Source of the DNA: Escherichia phage kvi
Direction: 5' to 3' (one strand)
Length of the DNA: 64,000 nucleotides
Sequence record: MN850615.1
Position 1 is the first letter of the stretch, and every line of letters begins with the position of its first letter. Both the position numbers and the translations under genes were made by a program. Below are positions 1 through 8,811 of this stretch, piece after piece. Under the pieces are notes generated by a model. That model saw only the letters and a program-made list of their open reading frames with translations, did no database searches and was not told the DNA's origin.

Positions 1-96
1 ATTACCAGTAACTTTCATGCTACGACCGTGAACAACAACCACGTCACCGTAAATCACATTTTCGTCGTCGTATTTGGTAATAACCGTGACCGTCAT
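1..96 (-). CDS. hypothetical protein, N-terminal 32 codons only (gene runs off the window edge)
   Basis: ATG at 94-96 (minus) preceded by AGAGGG RBS; frame open to position 1. Confidence 0.3.
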   Translation of the reverse strand, partial: MTVTVITKYDDENVIYGDVVVVHGRSMKVTGN

Positions 97-107
97 AATG
101 TATTCCC

Positions 108-133
108 TCTAAGAAAGGCCGCGCAAAGCGGCC
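108..133 (-). terminator. rho-independent terminator-like hairpin
   Basis: GGCCGC-GCAAA-GCGGCC stem-loop (117-133) followed on minus strand by a U-rich tract. Confidence 0.4.
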
Positions 134-141
134 TATGTTGA

Positions 142-474
142 TTATTGTTCTACAGTATAACCGTTGTTTTCAAGCCATGCAATAACAATCTTTTCGCCAA
201 TTTCATCGAGCATTTCATCAGCGCCATATTCTTTAATGAAAGTCGATGGATCATTATTGCTTACTACGTGCTGGATCACAACATGTTCAGGAATTGCGTC
301 TAGTAGTTCGCTATGATCATACTCATTAACGATATCTTCAACACTAACATTATTAACCAAATCAACATCATCCATAGTCACAGTAACGCGACCGGACGGA
401 CGCAATGAATATTGGCTACTTTCAACTTCAACATGTGCACTTTCGCAAGTAACTTTCATATCAACCATAATCAA
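142..474 (-). CDS. hypothetical protein (110 aa), acidic
   Basis: minus-strand ORF directly downstream of rIIB; no recognisable motif. Confidence 0.45.
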   Translation of the reverse strand: MIMVDMKVTCESAHVEVESSQYSLRPSGRVTVTMDDVDLVNNVSVEDIVNEYDHSELLDAIPEHVVIQHVVSNNDPSTFIKEYGADEMLDEIGEKIVIAWLENNGYTVEQ

Positions 475-482
475 TTCCTCTG

Positions 483-1484
483 TTAGTAATGGCTAAAACC
501 TTCGGTCACATCTTCAACCACATAGTAACGATGACAGCGCATTTTGGCATTTGCATAATCTTTCGGGATACTTACAACGTGACGCGGATCAACTTTGCAT
601 TTAATGATTCGGCCTCGTCCACCGCCATAGTGCGGAATATAGTGTTTCGCTGCAACGTGGAGGCCATTAGAGCAAGTGCGATCATCATCTGGGTCCACGT
701 CTTTACGCTTCATTTTAACCGTGCGACCTGGGCTATTATCAAACGTATGCGTAAAGAAATCTTTATAATCAACATCAACACGTTTCCATGCATAGAAACA
801 ACCATCTTCCACGATCTCAATGTCGTTGTGCTCTAAGAAGTCAAATAGACGATCTACGGCCTTACGGCTAGGGTTTTTCTTGCACTTCTCAAAGAAGTTA
901 AGATAGTGCGTATATGGCTTATTCTCTTTAATCGACTCCACAACTCGACGAGTCAGATTATTATCAAGAACAATATTATGATAATACACAATACCATTTT
1001 CGATACGGAAAGCGCCGTGATAATATACTTCAACCGCTTTCTTAATGTCAATCAGCGTAATAGCTTTGATGAAATCATTATGTTTAATCGCTTCCAGTGC
1101 TTCCTTAAAGTTAACATGTGATGGATCAGCAGTATAAACAATGTCACCACATGTAATAGTAATAAACTTAGTTGAGGCTATGGCTACGATTTTTGAGGAA
1201 GTAGTTACGGGCTTTTTTGCGCGTTCACCGCCTTTTCCTTTACTGGTTTTACGGCGTGCTTTACGTTTTTCTAGTGCCTTGCGACCTTCCGCTACTGCGT
1301 CTTTCTGAATCAGTAATACACGGGAGGCAGTGCGACGAGATACACCAAATGCTGCCGCAAGTGCTTCGCGGGTAGTAAACTTACCTTCGCCCCACTGTTT
1401 AGCCAGTTTGATTTGTTTCGCAGAATCCAGACATTGAACGTTACGGTCAGAGACGGTGATTTTTGCTTTAGTCATAGTATTCAT
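483..1484 (-). CDS. rIIB: rIIB protein
   Basis: C-terminal half closely matches T4 rIIB as recalled (…RLFDFL…DIEI.EDG.FYAWK…FDNSPG…VKM…); adjacent to rIIA; start may be the second ATG at 1475. Confidence 0.85.
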   Translation of the reverse strand: MNTMTKAKITVSDRNVQCLDSAKQIKLAKQWGEGKFTTREALAAAFGVSRRTASRVLLIQKDAVAEGRKALEKRKARRKTSKGKGGERAKKPVTTSSKIVAIASTKFITITCGDIVYTADPSHVNFKEALEAIKHNDFIKAITLIDIKKAVEVYYHGAFRIENGIVYYHNIVLDNNLTRRVVESIKENKPYTHYLNFFEKCKKNPSRKAVDRLFDFLEHNDIEIVEDGCFYAWKRVDVDYKDFFTHTFDNSPGRTVKMKRKDVDPDDDRTCSNGLHVAAKHYIPHYGGGRGRIIKCKVDPRHVVSIPKDYANAKMRCHRYYVVEDVTEGFSHY

Positions 1485-1537
1485 TCCTCTATTAGTTGGG
1501 CGACTATTGCCGCCCGATTCACATCATTATACCAGAA

Positions 1538-1669
1538 TTATTTTGCTTCGACAACCTTGCGGATTGTGCGGTCTGATACATTATAGATTCGTGCCAGTTC
1601 GCCTTTAGTCAAACCGCGAGCGTATTGTTTACGGATGGTTTCTTTCTGGATGGCGGTCAGTTTAGTCAT
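1538..1669 (-). CDS. small helix-turn-helix protein (43 aa)
   Basis: MTKLTAIQKETIRKQYARGLTKGELARIYNVSDRTIRKVVEAK; GAGGTGATAT RBS; sits between rIIA and rIIB; below the 60-aa track cutoff. Confidence 0.45.
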   Translation of the reverse strand: MTKLTAIQKETIRKQYARGLTKGELARIYNVSDRTIRKVVEAK

Positions 1670-1680
1670 AATATCACCTC

Positions 1681-3789
1681 TTAAAATTTAACATTCTTAA
1701 CCAGTTTCATAAAGTCTTGTGCGCGTTTGTCATTATGCAGAATACGATACCAGTTATCGACAATATCATACAGTAACGGGCTATTCTCTTTAAACTTCGC
1801 ACAAACTGCTTTAATTCGTTCGTTTGCTACCGTGAATTTTTCATCACAAATCTTTTTAGTTTCTTCGTCCATAATCCAACGAGTACGAAGGAGTAACTTG
1901 GAAACCTCTTTATTATAATGACGACCGTACAGTCTGTCAATAAATTCTGGAACACAGCGTTCTAGTTCATCGTCATGAAACAACATAGTGATCACACCCA
2001 GATATTCGCCATACCCCAGATGATTGGTCTTAACCTTCTTAGCCAGACCAGCCAGCTTACCGCGAACAAATTCTAGCGCACATTCCAATTGTTCGTCAAC
2101 GAGATATTTTTGTGTCTCGTTTCGAGTAATAATATACTTTGTTACCCCGAAGTAGTCAAGCGCCGTGTGTAATGTATTTTCACTATGGATCGATTTACGA
2201 CTACGGCTTTCGAATGCATCACCTACGCGGAACATGTGCAAGCCTGATAACTCGCGAATCTCTGCCGCTTTCATGTGATGGCTGGTTTTATGCCAACTGT
2301 CACCAATCTTTTCCATGATATACACGTTAGGCAGCTTAGGAGTCGCTTCACGTTGTGTACGCTCGGTCTTCTCCGGTTTAACTGCTTTAGCACGCAGATC
2401 ATCGGCCTCAGAAACTTTAATCACGGTCATTTCAGAATCATCATAATACTGTTTGATGTACTCGAAAGTTTCCATATGTTTTTCGTTGCGCTGACGGAAC
2501 ACCAGTACCTTTTTATTGATGCCGTATTCCTGGACCATACCGTTAAGAGTCAGTGCGCGTAGTTTCGGTTTATCGGTATCATCAATAAGACACATAATAT
2601 CTTCTTTATGCATCCATACAAAATGCGTAATGTTGTATTGACTGCTAACGAAAGCAGGGCGCAATTTACTGATTGTGTGACGAGTACGATACAGAGTATA
2701 CACCTGACCTTCTACGTCATTAGGCGAATCTTTACCCGCATTCACAAACTTATTATAGATTGCTACCGGATCATCCCACTGCCCGATCTTACCCATCTTG
2801 CTAATAATATTGCGTTGAGTCGATGAATACTCGCTCATAAATTGCGCAAGTTTACGCTCTGTTTTAATGTTGGCGATCTTCTCTTTGACCTTTTCCAACA
2901 TCATTTCATTGATTTCTGCAATGCGTTTTTCGATGTTCGCTTTAGTCTCAATTGACAAGTGAACTTCTTCACGCGATGGCATCAGGTCCAGATCACCCAA
3001 CTCAAAATTAATGTAAATGGTCTGGTGCTGGCGGTTTACAGCTTCTAACCATGTTCCGCGAACATATTCATACGGGATCGGATACTGGATCTTACCCATG
3101 ATTGCATATACTACATAGGAATCGTTATCACGCCCATTACAAACATAATAATTATCAAAGCTAGGGAAATAATTAATTTCGATTGCATTGATATTAGGTT
3201 TGTGTTCCCCAAAATGACGCAGTACAAATTGCGCTTCTCGATGCCATGTCTGAATATCTTTTTCTTTCACCGGAATAGTGATTTTCAGACCATTGTCTTC
3301 ATAGGTCGGTTCGTCGAAAATCTGCACCATTTTCGGCATAGAGTTTTGCACAAATGCCGTAAAGCCATAAGCGCGACCATTGTAATAGTTTACGATTGTA
3401 AAGGTGTCAGTGTAGCTATAAGCAGATTTCGCACCTAAACCAAAAGACCCGATATAGTCATTAGTCTGGTCTTTTGTTGATTCAAAGTAAACCGTAAACA
3501 GTTGTTCTAATTCTTTCTTAGACGGAATACCAGTACCATAATCACGCACAGAGAAATACGGTTCGATTGCAGTCGGTAAATGAATATCAAACGGACGATC
3601 TAAGGTTCCGGCTTCTTTGTGAGTGTCGGTAGCATTGCACGAATACTCACGGACGCAAGCACGCTCACAATATTGATAAGTGTTCTTAGAAAGCACCATA
3701 AAAGCCTTGCTACTTGCTTTCAGTGAAAAATCAACCGCACCGCTCAGGTCACTGCCAAATACTTCTTCATTATCAATATGCATTTTCAT
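1681..3789 (-). CDS. rIIA: rIIA protein (GHKL/HATPase_c-like N-terminal domain)
   Basis: 702 aa; motifs VRDYGTGI and GSFGLGAKSAYSYTDTF typical of the rIIA ATPase fold; synteny with rIIB and gene 39; GAGGA RBS. Confidence 0.9.
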   Translation of the reverse strand: MKMHIDNEEVFGSDLSGAVDFSLKASSKAFMVLSKNTYQYCERACVREYSCNATDTHKEAGTLDRPFDIHLPTAIEPYFSVRDYGTGIPSKKELEQLFTVYFESTKDQTNDYIGSFGLGAKSAYSYTDTFTIVNYYNGRAYGFTAFVQNSMPKMVQIFDEPTYEDNGLKITIPVKEKDIQTWHREAQFVLRHFGEHKPNINAIEINYFPSFDNYYVCNGRDNDSYVVYAIMGKIQYPIPYEYVRGTWLEAVNRQHQTIYINFELGDLDLMPSREEVHLSIETKANIEKRIAEINEMMLEKVKEKIANIKTERKLAQFMSEYSSTQRNIISKMGKIGQWDDPVAIYNKFVNAGKDSPNDVEGQVYTLYRTRHTISKLRPAFVSSQYNITHFVWMHKEDIMCLIDDTDKPKLRALTLNGMVQEYGINKKVLVFRQRNEKHMETFEYIKQYYDDSEMTVIKVSEADDLRAKAVKPEKTERTQREATPKLPNVYIMEKIGDSWHKTSHHMKAAEIRELSGLHMFRVGDAFESRSRKSIHSENTLHTALDYFGVTKYIITRNETQKYLVDEQLECALEFVRGKLAGLAKKVKTNHLGYGEYLGVITMLFHDDELERCVPEFIDRLYGRHYNKEVSKLLLRTRWIMDEETKKICDEKFTVANERIKAVCAKFKENSPLLYDIVDNWYRILHNDKRAQDFMKLVKNVKF

Positions 3790-3803
3790 AATATAATCCT
3801 CAC

Positions 3804-4061
3804 TTAATTAAAATCTTCTTTGTCCATCTCTGCGTAGATTACATCCCACGCCCATAAATCAATAAACGCATTATATGTCACGGTGCAATCGTTGTCAATC
3901 ACTTCTTTCGCATATTTCTTGATGTTTTCGTAGGAAACTTGCGGGTCAATTTTGTGTTTACGAAGGTGCGCATATTCATATCTCAGACATTTCATAAACA
4001 GGTCCATCGATTTCTTTTCTCGATGACACTTGGCGATCATAAAATCAAAACTTCGACTCAT
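3804..4061 (-). CDS. hypothetical protein (85 aa; rIIA.1 position)
   Basis: minus-strand ORF immediately upstream of rIIA. Confidence 0.4.
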   Translation of the reverse strand: MSRSFDFMIAKCHREKKSMDLFMKCLRYEYAHLRKHKIDPQVSYENIKKYAKEVIDNDCTVTYNAFIDLWAWDVIYAEMDKEDFN

Positions 4062-4072
4062 TTTTCTACTCC

Positions 4073-4267
4073 TTATACATTTTCAATTACCCATTGCAGA
4101 TGGGCTTCTGCGTCAACCAGTTCAGCGCGGCTTTTCTCTAAGCACTTGCTGTATTCTTTACGTTCCCACTCGGCAATTTCGTTTTTCAGGACTTCTTCAT
4201 AGTAAGCAATTACGCCTTTCAGGTCTGAAACTTTACGGCTTGCCAATTCGATGTAATGGTTACGCAT
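4073..4267 (-). CDS. hypothetical protein (64 aa)
   Basis: minus-strand ORF, tight spacing to neighbours. Confidence 0.35.
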   Translation of the reverse strand: MRNHYIELASRKVSDLKGVIAYYEEVLKNEIAEWERKEYSKCLEKSRAELVDAEAHLQWVIENV

Positions 4268-4454
4268 TTTGATTCTCCTTTGTTACTAGATAACGAATTT
4301 GGTCTTGCATTGCGATCAGTTCCCAGCGTGCTACTTTCATCATGGAAACTGACTCTTTGAACATAATATTAGCTTTTTCCTTCTCCCCTGTCAAGTAGAT
4401 TTCTGCAATTTTTTCACAAAATTTTTGAGTTTCTTCATTCTTAAACGGTTTCAT
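4260..4454 (-). CDS. hypothetical protein (64 aa)
   Basis: ATG at 4454 with AAAAGG RBS downstream of a PeSL-type promoter; the track ORF begins at an upstream TTG. Confidence 0.4.
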   Translation of the reverse strand: MKPFKNEETQKFCEKIAEIYLTGEKEKANIMFKESVSMMKVARWELIAMQDQIRYLVTKENQNA

Positions 4455-4483
4455 ATAAGTCAACCTTTTGTTTTCGATGGGGA

Positions 4484-4512
4484 CATTATGATATATCCCC
4501 GATCCAGTGTCA
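4484..4512 (-). promoter_or_regulatory. sigma70-type early promoter (PeSL-like)
   Basis: minus strand TTGACA (4512-4507), 17-nt spacer, CATAAT (4489-4484); GGGGA/TCCCC inverted repeat spans the -10. Confidence 0.5.
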
Positions 4513-4520
4513 ACAGATTT

Positions 4521-4820
4521 TTAATCTTTTTTCAATGCATCCATTACTCGCTCTGCGATCAGTTCTCGTAAGCACTGATAACCATGATATTTGATGGCAA
4601 TGTCACGCAGATCATTAACCAGTTCCCGTACTTCATGGTCTTTCAGATCGTCTCTGTATTTCGATTTAACCGTGTCTTTAGGTGGATTGTGGATAACCTG
4701 AAAACCTTGTTCTGCAATCACTGCGGCTTCTCGCTGGCGTTCATGTTGTACTGTATTTTTGATCAGGTCTACTTCCATGAACTTTGTCATACTCATCATC
4801 ATGTTATTCTTTTTGCTCAT
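4521..4820 (-). CDS. hypothetical protein (99 aa)
   Basis: ATG at 4820 with GAGGA RBS; the track ORF extends further upstream to 4856. Confidence 0.45.
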   Translation of the reverse strand: MSKKNNMMMSMTKFMEVDLIKNTVQHERQREAAVIAEQGFQVIHNPPKDTVKSKYRDDLKDHEVRELVNDLRDIAIKYHGYQCLRELIAERVMDALKKD

Positions 4821-4854
4821 TATTAAATCCTCATAAACGAAAAGGGAGACTCCC

Positions 4855-4882
4855 ATTATAGAGAATCTCCCTTGTATGTCAA
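4855..4882 (-). promoter_or_regulatory. sigma70-type early promoter (PeSL-like)
   Basis: TTGACA (4882-4877), 16-nt spacer, TATAAT (4860-4855); flanked by GGGAG/CTCCC inverted repeat. Confidence 0.5.
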
Positions 4883-5442
4883 CTAAAATTTAAAGATGCA
4901 AACTCCCCGTGATGAATTTTTGCATATTCATCATATGCTCTAGCGGCTTCCTCCTGAGTAGCAAACGATCCTATGTATTTTCTGTATCCGTTTATCCTTA
5001 TTTGTGCTTGCCACGGTCTTTTGCTAGATCCTTTGCGATGAGTAACACCATTATATATGCTCGTGCACCCGTCAATTTTCTTTTTATTGTACATGTTTTG
5101 TTGTTGTGTTGCCTCCCGTAAATTTGGTGGATTGTTGTTTTCTGGATTCCCGTCTATGTGGTCTATTACCTTAACCTGTGTTCCATATTCAAGAAACCAG
5201 ACAATTCTATGTACAAGATATGTAGATGTTCTCTTTTTAACCTTATTGTAAACATCTATTGCCAAATGACCGTAATTTAACTTTTTTGTTTTTACTTTAT
5301 CACCGACTCGGTAGAAATATCCCTCTGGTAGACCATTAAAAGACGGACTATTTGTTTTGTGATATAGAACACCTTCCGTGTGTTCAAATCTGCGTTTTAA
5401 TTCCTCTTGAATTTCAGTATTCCAAAATTTCGCACTTTTCAT
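4879..5442 (-). CDS. free-standing HNH homing endonuclease with C-terminal AP2-type DNA-binding domain
   Basis: HNH motif (…HRIVW…IDHIDGNPENNNPPNLR…) and AP2-like C-terminus (…RPWQAQIRINGYRKYIGSFATQEEAARAYDEY…); start codon overlaps the gp39 stop. Confidence 0.8.
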   Translation of the reverse strand: MKSAKFWNTEIQEELKRRFEHTEGVLYHKTNSPSFNGLPEGYFYRVGDKVKTKKLNYGHLAIDVYNKVKKRTSTYLVHRIVWFLEYGTQVKVIDHIDGNPENNNPPNLREATQQQNMYNKKKIDGCTSIYNGVTHRKGSSKRPWQAQIRINGYRKYIGSFATQEEAARAYDEYAKIHHGEFASLNFS

Positions 5443-5443
5443 A

Positions 5444-7267
5444 TTATGACGCCATCCATGCCTTCCTCATGTCTGAATCTTCACTATAGAGCAAATCGAA
5501 TAGCTCTTTATAGTTTTCCGGTAACGTGATGATCTCCATGACAGGATCGTTGATCACGCGATGATAGTCTGATTCTGTGAGCGATGCTAAACCTTTGATA
5601 TATCGAATGTTGTAACCTTTGATATTATCTCGGTCGGTCTCAAAATCTTCTAGGTCATAATACCATCGAACATCATCACCTTTCTTTGGTTCCGCAATGA
5701 TAATAGGTGTTTTGATAAACCGGATTCGTCCATCTTCGAACAATTCAGGCCAACGAGCAAAGAAAGAGATCAGACTAGGTTTAATAGACCCGATCCCGTC
5801 AGTATCAGCGTCTGTCATAATCGCAATATTTTTGTATTGCATAACTTCCAATGCATCAACACCAAATTGCAAGCCAGTGATCGCCATGATGTTAAAAATT
5901 TCGGCGTTCTTAACGATCTTTGCCTCCGGTTGTTCCCACGTTGTAAGAGTTTTGCCTCGCAACGGGAAACCTCCATGTAAATCTGGATCACGTACAGAGA
6001 CCAGATAGTTGATCGCGGAATCACCTTCCGTCAAAAACAGGGTAGTTTCTGCGTCAGTTCCAATAAGGTTAGCTTTAACGTGTTTTGCTACCTTAGCCCG
6101 TTTCGCTGCTTTTGCTACCTTAGTCGCTGCCGCTTTATCTGCTGCCTCTTTGCGTGCCAGGACTACAGCAATAATAGGCATGATAATGTTTTCTTTCTTC
6201 GCAATGACTTTAGCCAGCTTTTTAAAATCAAGATCAATATGACGCTTGATATCACCAGTTGGATTAGTCAATCGTTCTTTTGTCTGTGAATCAAAACGAA
6301 GGTTAGGCAATTCACGAACAATAAGAATACAGGTCAATCCAGACTTAACCGCAGCTTTAGTAACATCAACCTTATGTTCTTTCTTGATTCGTTTTACAAT
6401 CTCTTCACAAAGATCATCTGTCACGTAGTCTACGTGTGTTCCCCCGTTTTTGGTAAACAGACCATTAGCAAAGGATACTGATTTAAAACCTTCTCCCTCG
6501 ACCGCAGGAACTAGGGCAAGTGAAAAGTTTTTATCTTCAATGACAAACGGATCATCATTGTATAGTTTAGCATAATCCTTGAACTTACTAACAATACGTT
6601 TACCATTAAACTTAAACGTGATCTTAGGAAAGATTACGCTCAATGATTGCAGACGATCATGAACAATATCTAAAACAGAGTTGTCCATCATATAACCTTC
6701 GAAGTGGTCGAAGTCTGGGCAAAATGTAACCTTTGTTCCCTTCAATTTTGATGGTTTCGATGACCATGTGATATTTTCAGCACCGTTTGTACATTGAACG
6801 GTCATTTCTGTTTCTCCGTCACAGGTCACACCAGTAAACCAATCGCTAAAGAAATTTGACAACGACGACCCCACACCGTTCATCCCTTGCGTTAATCGAT
6901 TGGTATCATCAAAGTTAGACCCTGCTTTTGTTCGTGTCCATGCGGCTACAGGTTGCGGAATCTGCGTGCCCTCTGGAGTAGTAACCATATGTTGAGGAAT
7001 ACCGCGACCATTGTCTGTTACCGTAACAATATTGTTTTGGATATCGACGCTAATCACATTGGCAAATTCAAAATTAGTGCGAATCGCCTCGTCTACAGAG
7101 TTGTCGATGATCTCATCAATGATTTTAACCAGTCCTGGAACATATGAAATTTTTGTCCATTTACCGAACAGGAAACGTTGGTGTTCTTCGTAAGTTGTTG
7201 ATCCTATATACATTCCTGCACGCTTAAGGACATGTTCACGATCAGATAAAATGCGAAACTCACTCAT
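5444..7267 (-). CDS. 39: DNA topoisomerase II large subunit, GyrB-like ATPase (T4 gp39 with the gp60 portion fused in one ORF)
   Basis: 607 aa; GHKL ATPase motifs (DNGRGIP, GMNGVGSS) and TOPRIM region (…TEGDSA…, …MTDADTDG…); one continuous ORF, unlike the split T4 39/60 arrangement. Confidence 0.93.
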   Translation of the reverse strand: MSEFRILSDREHVLKRAGMYIGSTTYEEHQRFLFGKWTKISYVPGLVKIIDEIIDNSVDEAIRTNFEFANVISVDIQNNIVTVTDNGRGIPQHMVTTPEGTQIPQPVAAWTRTKAGSNFDDTNRLTQGMNGVGSSLSNFFSDWFTGVTCDGETEMTVQCTNGAENITWSSKPSKLKGTKVTFCPDFDHFEGYMMDNSVLDIVHDRLQSLSVIFPKITFKFNGKRIVSKFKDYAKLYNDDPFVIEDKNFSLALVPAVEGEGFKSVSFANGLFTKNGGTHVDYVTDDLCEEIVKRIKKEHKVDVTKAAVKSGLTCILIVRELPNLRFDSQTKERLTNPTGDIKRHIDLDFKKLAKVIAKKENIIMPIIAVVLARKEAADKAAATKVAKAAKRAKVAKHVKANLIGTDAETTLFLTEGDSAINYLVSVRDPDLHGGFPLRGKTLTTWEQPEAKIVKNAEIFNIMAITGLQFGVDALEVMQYKNIAIMTDADTDGIGSIKPSLISFFARWPELFEDGRIRFIKTPIIIAEPKKGDDVRWYYDLEDFETDRDNIKGYNIRYIKGLASLTESDYHRVINDPVMEIITLPENYKELFDLLYSEDSDMRKAWMAS

Positions 7268-7370
7268 TATTAAACCTCTTCATAACATAACCATAACTTA
7301 CTGCAACCGCCACAAAGACGGCTGCAACAATCATATTAAAAATTGAGTGATTGTCAAGTATATGACTCAT
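7260..7370 (-). CDS. small hydrophobic peptide (36 aa)
   Basis: ATGA-type overlap with upstream stop and 8-nt overlap with the gp39 start suggest translational coupling; below track cutoff. Confidence 0.25.
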   Translation of the reverse strand: MSHILDNHSIFNMIVAAVFVAVAVSYGYVMKRFNNE

Positions 7371-7540
7371 GACACGCGCACATTTTTATCGTAATACCCG
7401 CCATTAATCCCGCGCGGGGCAGTTAATCCCTGTTTACATTCTTTACCGCATTCAGGGCATTCTGCCTTTTCACGCTCGGAAATTTTGCGGATTTTCTGAA
7501 ATTGACCGTGTTCTTCACAAGAATAATCGTATAATGGCAT
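7367..7540 (-). CDS. zinc-ribbon protein, FmdB-like (57 aa)
   Basis: MPLYDYSCEEHGQF…CPECGK…; ATG at 7540 with AGGGGA RBS; the track ORF is over-extended upstream. Confidence 0.55.
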   Translation of the reverse strand: MPLYDYSCEEHGQFQKIRKISEREKAECPECGKECKQGLTAPRGINGGYYDKNVRVS

Positions 7541-7541
7541 A

Positions 7542-8210
7542 TTATCCCCTTTGTTTCTTAACTGAATTTGGATCTGGATTTTCTGGTAGGTCTTCCAGAC
7601 CCATAGCATAACGTTGTGCATAGATTAGCATAAGAATATCGCGAGCGCAATCATGAATTGCATCATGTGCGATAAAACCATCTAGCGTACCCATTGGTAA
7701 CGGACACTCACACATCCCGCGATGCATCAATGTACGCTCAATGGCGGTGCGAACATCTCGGATGTTCCAGAATCGCACAGGTTCAAGATTGAACGTCTCT
7801 CGTGTATTGTGTGCATCGCGGATCATATCAACTAGTAACGGAATATCAAACGCATTACCGCGTGACCACAATACGGATTTAACCGGATCTACCCCTACGG
7901 CTTCACAGAATGCGTTAAAACGCGCTAAACCTTCTTTAGTTGATACTTCCGTACCATTTGTGATTAATTGCTTTCTCATGCCTTCTGAGGCGGTATTCTT
8001 CCACCATTCAACCACACCATGATCAAACACCCTTACACCTTTCTGGGAAGGAATATCAAATTTTACCAGAAAGGAATTGTCAACCAGTTCTTTAAATGTA
8101 GGTGGGTTGTGCGGATCTTCTTTAAATCCGATTGCCGCCATATTGATAACCGCCCCATCAGGCGGATAACCTAAACTTTCAAAGTCAATCATTAAATCCA
8201 CTGGAAGCAT
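7542..8210 (-). CDS. dexA: exonuclease A, DEDD/DnaQ-like 3'-5' exonuclease
   Basis: Exo I motif LMIDFESLG near the N-terminus; ATG at 8210 with GGAGGA RBS; T4-syntenic between 39 and dda. Confidence 0.7.
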   Translation of the reverse strand: MLPVDLMIDFESLGYPPDGAVINMAAIGFKEDPHNPPTFKELVDNSFLVKFDIPSQKGVRVFDHGVVEWWKNTASEGMRKQLITNGTEVSTKEGLARFNAFCEAVGVDPVKSVLWSRGNAFDIPLLVDMIRDAHNTRETFNLEPVRFWNIRDVRTAIERTLMHRGMCECPLPMGTLDGFIAHDAIHDCARDILMLIYAQRYAMGLEDLPENPDPNSVKKQRG

Positions 8211-8211
8211 T

Positions 8212-8454
8212 TTAAATATCCTCCGCGATATGCCGGAACAACTCCAGATCGTTTTTATCCAGAATGAAACCGCTACAATCAATAATCCCGTTACCGTAAT
8301 TATCGGTTAACAGTCGTTCCGTTGCCATGTATGCGCGTACTTTGTTGTTAAAATTCATTACATGTTGTGCATAGTCACAATGAATCTTTTGACGGTTCCA
8401 CGCGACAATTGATTGTAGATGTATTACATTAGCCACATTATTAATAACAACCAT
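8212..8454 (-). CDS. hypothetical protein (80 aa)
   Basis: start MVVINN… at 8454, coupled to the upstream small ORF through the repeated AGCGAGGGTTTTGATATGG junction. Confidence 0.4.
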   Translation of the reverse strand: MVVINNVANVIHLQSIVAWNRQKIHCDYAQHVMNFNNKVRAYMATERLLTDNYGNGIIDCSGFILDKNDLELFRHIAEDI

Positions 8455-8648
8455 ATCAAAACCCTCGCTTAGTGGAATGTTCTGACATTTTATTGATACA
8501 TACAGCTTGGTAGTCACGAGATTTTTTTGACGAATTAAGAGCTACGGCCAAAAAATCCTGTAACTGTTCGTTTGTCATTGTTGGCTTACACCGCGTATCT
8601 AAACTCTTCTTTCTTCTAGCTTCATTAGCCATATCAAAACCCTCGCTT
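8446..8648 (-). repeat. direct repeat of a ~60-bp gene-junction segment (two copies ~175 bp apart)
   Basis: ccatatcaaaaccctcgcttagtg(g/a)aat…cattttattgatacat(a/t)cagctt occurs at ~8452-8510 and ~8625-8690. Confidence 0.6.
8456..8632 (-). CDS. small protein (58 aa), tandem paralogue B
   Basis: C-terminus …AVCINKMSEHSTKRGF shared with the next ORF; identical stop/start junction. Confidence 0.3.
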   Translation of the reverse strand: MANEARRKKSLDTRCKPTMTNEQLQDFLAVALNSSKKSRDYQAVCINKMSEHSTKRGF

Positions 8649-8801
8649 AGTGAAATATTCGATCATTTTATTGATACATTCAGCTTCACTGTCGCCGGAT
8701 ACGTTCCATCCATAATGACCCCAACTAAAACACATGGTAACAGTTCCATTGTGACGGCGTACCGTCACTTCGTCAAATTCGGGGATACTTCGCATAATCA
8801 T
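8634..8801 (-). CDS. small protein (55 aa), tandem paralogue A
   Basis: C-terminus …AECINKMIEYFTKRGF; GAGGA RBS before ATG at 8801. Confidence 0.3.
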   Translation of the reverse strand: MIMRSIPEFDEVTVRRHNGTVTMCFSWGHYGWNVSGDSEAECINKMIEYFTKRGF

Positions 8802-8811
8802 AATAATTTCC

